Source of the DNA: a candidate division WOR-3 bacterium
Lineage (GTDB): Bacteria > Hydrothermota > Tepidihabitantia > SM23-42
Direction of reading: 5' to 3'
Assembly (NCBI GenBank): GCA_020343595.1
Contig: CP070802.1
Span: forward strand, 1,044,814-1,077,330
DNA: 32,517 bases
Shown here: piece after piece, positions 26,599 to 32,517 of the stretch
Layout: the number at the start of each line of letters is the position of its first letter
How positions within the stretch are numbered: position 1 is the stretch's first letter
Translations under genes and position numbers: made by a program
Notes under the pieces: model-generated
What the model saw: only the letters and a program-made list of their open reading frames with translations
Databases searched by the model: none
What the model was told of the DNA's origin: nothing

Positions 26599-28254
26599 TT
26601 AGAATACGTCTATCATTCTGGCTAGTGCAGCCTTGCCTCGATAGTCCGGTAAAATGATCGGTGCTCTCCTCGTACACTTCACTCCCGCCTGTTCAAGATT
26701 CTTAACGTATCTCTTCACGTGATCCAGTGCTATCTTGTTTTCACCCTTGTGCGCTTTCACGTACTCCGCAGTGCTCATTCCGGCACGCCGTCCGAAGACA
26801 AGGCAGTCGAGGGTAGAATTTCCCATCAAGCGGTTCTTGCCGTGCACCCCTCCTGACACTTCACCGGCTACCCATAATCCATCGACATTTGTCCTTCCTG
26901 CTGGGTCCGTTTCAATACCGCCATTTTGATAATGGAGGGTCGGGAAAACCAGTACCGGGTCCTTTCGTATGTCGATATCATACCGCTTGTACATCCTGAT
27001 CATTCCCGGGAATGCTTTCTCTATATAACCTTTGCCGTTCTTGATCTCGATCAAGGGTGTATCGAGCCAGACCCCGCGGAGCCCGGTTGGTGTGACGATG
27101 CCCTTATTGCGGACATAGCATTCTCTGATGATCGCCGATGCCTCGACGTCTCTCGGCTCCAGCGGGTAAACGAATGCTTCACCGTCTGCGTTCACCGGCT
27201 GCGCGCCGCTGCCCCGTAGTTTCTCGGTGAGCAGATAACCAACGATCTGGATCGGGTAGGCGGCTCCGGTTGGATGGTATTGCACAGCATCGATATCACG
27301 TAGTTTGGCCCCCACTCGGTATGCGAGCACGACGCCATCAAAGGTCGCGCCGTAGTGATTGGTCGTGGGAAATCCTCTTATGTGTAATCTTCCATAACCG
27401 CCGGTGGCGATGATCGTCGCCTTGGCTCTGACGATCTTATACTCACCGGTTTCGAGATTCCACAAAACCGCGCCGGTCACACGGTCGCCATCGGTTAAAA
27501 GTTCGATCGCGGGATAATGTTCCAGATAGGGAATTTCACGAGTCCTGAACTCATCTCTCAGTACCCTGAATTCTTCAAGTCCCGTGTAGTCACGGCACGA
27601 ATGCATACGCTTCACTGATAGCCCGCCCGCGAGTTTTTCCGCAAGGTCGCCACCTTCTTCACGGTCGAAGATCGCACCCAACTCACAGAGCCATTTCATG
27701 ATCAGCGGGGCATCTTCCACTAATGCTCTGGCGACGTCTGGCTTGTTCTCAAAATGACCTCCACCGATCGTATCGATGTAGTGTTTCATGACCGAGTCGA
27801 CTTCACGATCGGCCGCTTGTGTGCCACCTTCGGCCATTATCGAATTGGCATCACCGTGCCTCAATTTATTAGTCAACAATATTCGTTCGGTAGCAATACC
27901 GCTGTCATTTGCCCACAAAGCCGCAGAGGTACCAGCAAGGCCGCCGCCGATGATCAGTATGTCGGTGTCGTAATCGACCTGGGAGATATTCACCTCGTCC
28001 TGTTCGATCAGTGGGTATGCCTCGAGAAGATCGGCAACTTCGTTCGGTGCAAGGTTACCTTTGTTGGGTCCGACCTGAAGTTCGCGCTTACCGCCAGGAG
28101 CATAATCCGGGTGGATCCGGAGGACTTCGTCCCGTTCTTTCATCGTCATGGCGGGTGGTGTGTAGTTGATTCTCTTCTCACGTGTTTTGGTGACCTTGTC
28201 GATCTCTTTTCTGATATTCTCAGGGTAACCTTCAATGTATTTTAGTTCTGCCAT
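26599..28254 (-). CDS. Fumarate reductase/succinate dehydrogenase-family flavoprotein (TfrA/NadB-like, non-covalent FAD)
   Basis: IIGGGLAG, SIMAEGG, ATGGYG, QYHPTG, TEKLRG, PRD, HYQNGG, HGKNRLMGNS. Confidence 0.88.
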   Translation of the reverse strand: MAELKYIEGYPENIRKEIDKVTKTREKRINYTPPAMTMKERDEVLRIHPDYAPGGKRELQVGPNKGNLAPNEVADLLEAYPLIEQDEVNISQVDYDTDILIIGGGLAGTSAALWANDSGIATERILLTNKLRHGDANSIMAEGGTQAADREVDSVMKHYIDTIGGGHFENKPDVARALVEDAPLIMKWLCELGAIFDREEGGDLAEKLAGGLSVKRMHSCRDYTGLEEFRVLRDEFRTREIPYLEHYPAIELLTDGDRVTGAVLWNLETGEYKIVRAKATIIATGGYGRLHIRGFPTTNHYGATFDGVVLAYRVGAKLRDIDAVQYHPTGAAYPIQIVGYLLTEKLRGSGAQPVNADGEAFVYPLEPRDVEASAIIRECYVRNKGIVTPTGLRGVWLDTPLIEIKNGKGYIEKAFPGMIRMYKRYDIDIRKDPVLVFPTLHYQNGGIETDPAGRTNVDGLWVAGEVSGGVHGKNRLMGNSTLDCLVFGRRAGMSTAEYVKAHKGENKIALDHVKRYVKNLEQAGVKCTRRAPIILPDYRGKAALARMIDVF

Positions 28255-28268
28255 TACTCACTCCTTCC

Positions 28269-29027
28269 TTATTCCGGCTCTTTTTCGCGTTCGGTGTATA
28301 TCTTTCGAAGTTCTTCGGTCGAGCAACTGACAAGCTTGTTCATTTCGTCGGTGAATTTTCCTTCGGTGATTTCCTTTACCCTCTTTCTGAGGTGGTCCGG
28401 TACACCCAGGCCATAGCGCCCGAACATCCTTCTGCCGAGCTGGGCAACATGGTATTGTACGATCTCAGCAGGGCATCTCATGGCACAGAGGCCGCACTGA
28501 ATGCAGTCAAAAGAGATGTCTGACAGCCCGTCAAAATCACCGCGTATCGCAGCCTGTACGTAATCCATGACTTCAAGATCTTGCGGGCAAGCCTTCGTGC
28601 AAGTGTTGCATGATACGCATCTTGTCACTTCCGGATAATACCTGATGAAGACCGATGCTTCGTAAGGTTCCTTTGTAACGTCATAGATCGCTTTTTCAGC
28701 AGGAGTGAAAGGTATTTGGACCAGATACATTCCATCTTCGGCCCGGGTCTGGCATGCCATACCGGTCTGCAACTTGTAATCACCTTTCTTTCTGAAAACA
28801 GTAGCGCAGGCACCACAGAATCCTTGCCGACAGCCGACACCGCGCACAAACTTGTAGCCGGCGTACTCCATTGCCGTCAGTATTGTGAGGTCTGCCGGGA
28901 CCTTGTAGGCTTTTCCCATGATGTGAATCGTGATCCAGTTTTCTATGTCCTTCGCGTCGATTCCTGTCGTTGCTGCCTTATTCGCTTCTGCGATTCTGTC
29001 CATGATTGGGCTTTTATTGTCTTCCAT
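28269..29027 (-). CDS. SdhB/FrdB-like iron-sulfur protein ([2Fe-2S] + 2x[4Fe-4S])
   Basis: GCRQGFCGAC...ACQT, CVSCNTCTKACP, CIQCGLCAMRCP. Confidence 0.85.
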   Translation of the reverse strand: MEDNKSPIMDRIAEANKAATTGIDAKDIENWITIHIMGKAYKVPADLTILTAMEYAGYKFVRGVGCRQGFCGACATVFRKKGDYKLQTGMACQTRAEDGMYLVQIPFTPAEKAIYDVTKEPYEASVFIRYYPEVTRCVSCNTCTKACPQDLEVMDYVQAAIRGDFDGLSDISFDCIQCGLCAMRCPAEIVQYHVAQLGRRMFGRYGLGVPDHLRKRVKEITEGKFTDEMNKLVSCSTEELRKIYTEREKEPE

Positions 29028-29038
29028 TATTTACTCTC

Positions 29039-29986
29039 CTAATCTTCGATCAACGATTTGCTCTTCAGCAACGGCCTCGGATCGACGTAATTCTGCTCAA
29101 ATCCAAAGACATCCTTGTCCATGCCGAATGCGATCGTCATCAATTGAGTAATGTAGAATACCGGCATTTCTTCAAAATCAGGGTGCTTTTCCTTTACGGC
29201 CTGCTGACGCTGGTCCAGATTGAAAGCACACAGCGGACAGACCGTTGTCAATGCCTCTGCGCCCTTTTTGCGTGCATGCGATAGTATGTCATATGCTAAT
29301 TCAGCGACAATATATTTGTCTTTGACGGTCTGATAACTGCCGCAGCAAACTTTCTTGTATGGCGTGTCAATGACCGATACGCCGAGAGCTTCGAGAATAT
29401 CTTTCTGTATCGTCGGATCTTCGGGATCATCGATCGCGATCTCCTTAGGCCGCAGGATCATACAGCCGTAATACGGGGCGATATTCAGATCCTTCAGCGG
29501 TTTGGTTACCTTCTCGCGAATCTTCTCATAGCCCAGTGATTTCAATAACTCCAGGAAGTGTAGTACCTCGACATTGCCCTTGTAGTCTTCCTCCCGGTAC
29601 ATGAGTTCGTTGATCTTTTGCAGATCTTCAGCATTCTCCTTCATCCGCCGATTTGTGCTCTTCAGAGTATTGAAACACATTGAGCATAGAGTCACCAAGC
29701 GATTCTCATTCTTGACCAGCCCGTAATCATTCATTTCCTGAACCCGGATGAAATTCCGTACGGAAGCCACGTGATGGATCAGGTCATCTTGAGCAAGCGA
29801 GAAGACCGTGCCGCAGCAATTCCATCGGGGGATCTCGAGCAATTCTACACCGAGCGCGCGCGCCGTAGCGATCGCTGAGTTTTCAAAATTCTTGGCCGTC
29901 GTCTTCAACGTGCATCCCGGGTAATAGGGGAATTTCATATTGCCGGAGGATGTTGATTTTGTTTCTTTAGTATTGGTCGGATTCAT
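29039..29986 (-). CDS. hdrB: Heterodisulfide reductase subunit B
   Basis: YYPGC..WNCCG..CSMC and YYGC..CCG..CPLC; AGGAGG SD. Confidence 0.92.
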   Translation of the reverse strand: MNPTNTKETKSTSSGNMKFPYYPGCTLKTTAKNFENSAIATARALGVELLEIPRWNCCGTVFSLAQDDLIHHVASVRNFIRVQEMNDYGLVKNENRLVTLCSMCFNTLKSTNRRMKENAEDLQKINELMYREEDYKGNVEVLHFLELLKSLGYEKIREKVTKPLKDLNIAPYYGCMILRPKEIAIDDPEDPTIQKDILEALGVSVIDTPYKKVCCGSYQTVKDKYIVAELAYDILSHARKKGAEALTTVCPLCAFNLDQRQQAVKEKHPDFEEMPVFYITQLMTIAFGMDKDVFGFEQNYVDPRPLLKSKSLIED

Positions 29987-29996
29987 GTTCTTCCTC

Positions 29997-30404
29997 CTAT
30001 CCTGTGAATTTTCGGCAGGCGCTAACCAGCGCGATTTGCGGTAAACAGGCTATCTCTTCCTTGGGGATCGCTTTGATATCGATGTGATCTACGGCTTGTC
30101 GCAAGATGATCTGTCTCAGTGCCTCTGCCACTTTGGAGACGTCGATCTGGCGGGGACATCTGACCGTACACGTGAAGCATGAAGCACATACCCAGATCGC
30201 TTTGTGATCCAGCACCTCTTTCTGGCCCAGTTGAACGAGTCTCATCATCTGTGACGGCGTAATGTCCATTTCCGTAACGAGTGGGCAACCACCGGAGCAA
30301 GTGCCGCACTGTTCACAGAGGGTGATAACCTCTCCGCTAAGTTCATTGACTTTGTTCAAGAACTTTTCGTTATCGGGTGATATCTCAATCTTCTTGATCA
30401 TCAT
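29997..30404 (-). CDS. hdrC: Heterodisulfide reductase subunit C
   Basis: CEQCGTCSGGCP and WVCASCFTCTVRCP. Confidence 0.9.
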   Translation of the reverse strand: MMIKKIEISPDNEKFLNKVNELSGEVITLCEQCGTCSGGCPLVTEMDITPSQMMRLVQLGQKEVLDHKAIWVCASCFTCTVRCPRQIDVSKVAEALRQIILRQAVDHIDIKAIPKEEIACLPQIALVSACRKFTG

Positions 30405-30835
30405 GCCTCCTTGGCGGCTGCCTGTGTTTTCAATTCGAGTGGTCCCAATGCAGACATTTCGTCTATGAATTCGTTGACGACCTTCTGAAATTTACCGCCT
30501 TCGTTAGCCGAGATCCATTCCAGCCGTACACGTTGAGGAGCGATACCGAGTTCTTTCAGCAGGTTCTTGAGTAGTGCGATCCTTTTATGAGTACGGTAGT
30601 TTCCTGATACATAATGGCAGTCACCCGGATGACAACCAGCCACCAATACACCCCAGGCGCCTTTTTTCAAGGCATCAAGTATCAGCTCCGGGTCTATCCG
30701 GCTTGAACACATTGCTCGGACAATTCTGAAATGCGGTTTCATTTGGAGCCTCGAAGTACCGGCCGCGTCGGCTCCAGCATAGGAACACCAATTACAGCAG
30801 AATGCAATTATTTTGGGGACGGCGTTACTCTTCAT
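30401..30835 (-). CDS. mvhD: MvhD-like [2Fe-2S] protein
   Basis: FCCNWCSYAGAD, MCSSR, GCHPGDCHY, WISANEG; ATGA overlaps at both ends. Confidence 0.93.
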   Translation of the reverse strand: MKSNAVPKIIAFCCNWCSYAGADAAGTSRLQMKPHFRIVRAMCSSRIDPELILDALKKGAWGVLVAGCHPGDCHYVSGNYRTHKRIALLKNLLKELGIAPQRVRLEWISANEGGKFQKVVNEFIDEMSALGPLELKTQAAAKEA

Positions 30836-32517
30836 TTTTCCTCCTCTCCTAATGCTGCGCCAACCATGGCCTTTAACTGTCTATTCATGAACCAATGCTG
30901 CTGTGAGGCTCCAGAAGGACATGCTGCTGAACACGAGCCGCAACCCTGACAGAGAATTTCGTTCACCTTGGCGACCCTCTTGTCATCCTCGAGTTCGGTC
31001 TTTACGGCGTCATACGGGCAGACACTGACACACGTTGCACAGCCGCTACAGAGGTCTTCATCGACCACAGCGGTGATCGGTTCTACCGCGTACACTCCTC
31101 GGTTCATCAAACGTATTGCCCTTGAGGCAGCGGCACTCGCTTGTGCTACCGTGTCAGGTATGTCCTTGGGTCCCTGGGCGCAACCACATATGAACACGCC
31201 GTCGGTTAGGGTGTCTACCGGTTTGAACTTCGGATGTGCTTCCTGGAGAAAACCGCCCGGACTGCGCGTCATTCTGAGCACATCGGCGATCTTGCGAGTT
31301 CCTTCTCCAGGTTGCATACCGACCGATAACACGACCAGGTCGAATTCTGATTCAATTATCTGGCGTGCTAGCGTATCCTCGACTTTTAGCATGACTTTCT
31401 TGGTATCGGGGTCTTCGATCACTTCTGCGACCCTTCCGCGAATGAACTTGACACCGGTCCTTTGTGCCCTTTTGTAGTATTCTTCAAAGCCTTTACCGTA
31501 CGCCCGGAGATCGGTATAGAAGACATAGACGTCCTTTTTAGGATCGGCTCGCTTCAAGAGCTGCGACAGCTTCGTTGCATACATGCAGCAAATTCTTGAA
31601 CAATATTCATTACCGATCTGCTCGTCCCGAGAACCGACACATTGGATGAAGGCTATCCTTTTCCCGATTTTTCTTGTCGGCCGACCTTCAGCATCGTGGA
31701 CTATCATGCGTTCCATTTCCAGGGACGTTATGACGTTTTCGTTCGTACCGAAGCCGTATACTTTTTTCTCGCGGGCATCAAAGATATCGTAGCCGGACGC
31801 AACGATTATGGTATCGACCTTGATCTCTACTTTCTCGGGTTTCTGCTCAAAATCCACGGCGTCGTGCGGGCAGACTTTCTTGCAATTACCACACTTTCCT
31901 TTCTGGAAGTATATGCAGTTTGGTTCGTCGATTAGGTATTTATACGGGACGGCAAACTCAAAGGGAACATATATCGCCCGGCGGGTTGTCAGTCCCTGTT
32001 CGAATTCATTGGGCAATTTCACGGGGCACTTTTCTTCGCAGATACCGCATGAGACACAATTATCATTGACATATCTGGGTCTTTTGTTAACGGTCACCTC
32101 GAAATTGCCGAGAAAGCCAGAGATCTTCTCCACTTCCGAATTGGTGAACAGAGTGATGTTGGGATGACCCGGGACATCAGCCATCTTTGGAGAGAGAATA
32201 CAGGCTGCGCAATCTTCGGTCGGAAAGGTTCTTGACAGCTTTGCCATCTTTCCGCCGATCGTTGGTTCCTTCTCGACAAGAAAGACCTCGAAACCGGCAT
32301 CACCGAGATCAAGAGCCGCCTGGATGCCGGCAATGCCAGCGCCGACAACGAGTACTCGTTTACCGATGGGCATGGTCTTTCTTTCGAGGGATTCATCGAG
32401 TTTCGCCTTCGCGATGGCGATGTTCACCAGATCCTTTGCCTTTTGGGTTGCCAGTTCTGGTTGGTCATAGTGCGGCCAAGAGCACTGTTCGCGGATGTTT
32501 GCCATCTCGAATACGTA
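30832..32517 (-). CDS. hdrA: Heterodisulfide reductase subunit A, Cys-type, 5'-truncated by window edge
   Basis: Frame open to the window end; NIREQCSW, GAGIAG, TFPTEDCAACILSPKM, QCVGSR..YCSRICC, ferredoxin motifs. Confidence 0.93.
   Translation of the reverse strand, partial: YVFEMANIREQCSWPHYDQPELATQKAKDLVNIAIAKAKLDESLERKTMPIGKRVLVVGAGIAGIQAALDLGDAGFEVFLVEKEPTIGGKMAKLSRTFPTEDCAACILSPKMADVPGHPNITLFTNSEVEKISGFLGNFEVTVNKRPRYVNDNCVSCGICEEKCPVKLPNEFEQGLTTRRAIYVPFEFAVPYKYLIDEPNCIYFQKGKCGNCKKVCPHDAVDFEQKPEKVEIKVDTIIVASGYDIFDAREKKVYGFGTNENVITSLEMERMIVHDAEGRPTRKIGKRIAFIQCVGSRDEQIGNEYCSRICCMYATKLSQLLKRADPKKDVYVFYTDLRAYGKGFEEYYKRAQRTGVKFIRGRVAEVIEDPDTKKVMLKVEDTLARQIIESEFDLVVLSVGMQPGEGTRKIADVLRMTRSPGGFLQEAHPKFKPVDTLTDGVFICGCAQGPKDIPDTVAQASAAASRAIRLMNRGVYAVEPITAVVDEDLCSGCATCVSVCPYDAVKTELEDDKRVAKVNEILCQGCGSCSAACPSGASQQHWFMNRQLKAMVGAALGEEEK

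Noticed and set aside
11712-32517. Evidence of methanogenesis or sulfate reduction
   Set aside because: No mcr, mtr, apr or dsr genes in the window; Hdr modules are widespread in other anaerobes.
1-32517. tRNA, rRNA, transposase, integrase, phage or defence genes
   Set aside because: None recognised; nearly all sequence is accounted for by the listed CDSs and short intergenic regions.

Overview
Bacterial (~50% GC) anaerobe-type window with two parts. Left (1-11.0 kb): 5'-truncated comEC, a histidine ammonia-lyase with an unusual Ala-Cys-Gly MIO triad, a probably leaderless AmmeMemoRadiSam/PflA-like radical SAM gene, an orphan Wzx-type flippase, three acidic Thr-rich lipoproteins, and an aldehyde dehydrogenase plus class-III aminotransferase pair. 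Right (11.0-32.5 kb): a >21 kb tightly packed minus-strand redox supercluster, in transcription order hdrA(Cys)-mvhD-hdrC-hdrB-[SdhB-like Fe-S]-[SdhA/TfrA-like flavoprotein]-OFOR alpha'-beta-alpha-beta'-gamma-hdrL(Sec)-mvhD-hdrD-like-hdrC-hdrB-hdrA/mvhD fusion(Sec)-zinc ribbon-Minf_1886-like. The ORF track splits two HdrA genes at in-frame TGA codons in the CxxC motif. Both are followed at identical spacing by a GGUC-loop hairpin, so they are best read as selenoproteins; the third HdrA has TGT there and no such hairpin. The 2-oxoacid oxidoreductase has one intact alpha/beta pair and one full-length but catalytically degenerate pair. A heptad-repeat inverted-repeat element and a 56-aa zinc-ribbon gene missed by the ORF track also lie in the cluster. 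All calls come from motif reading, not database searches.
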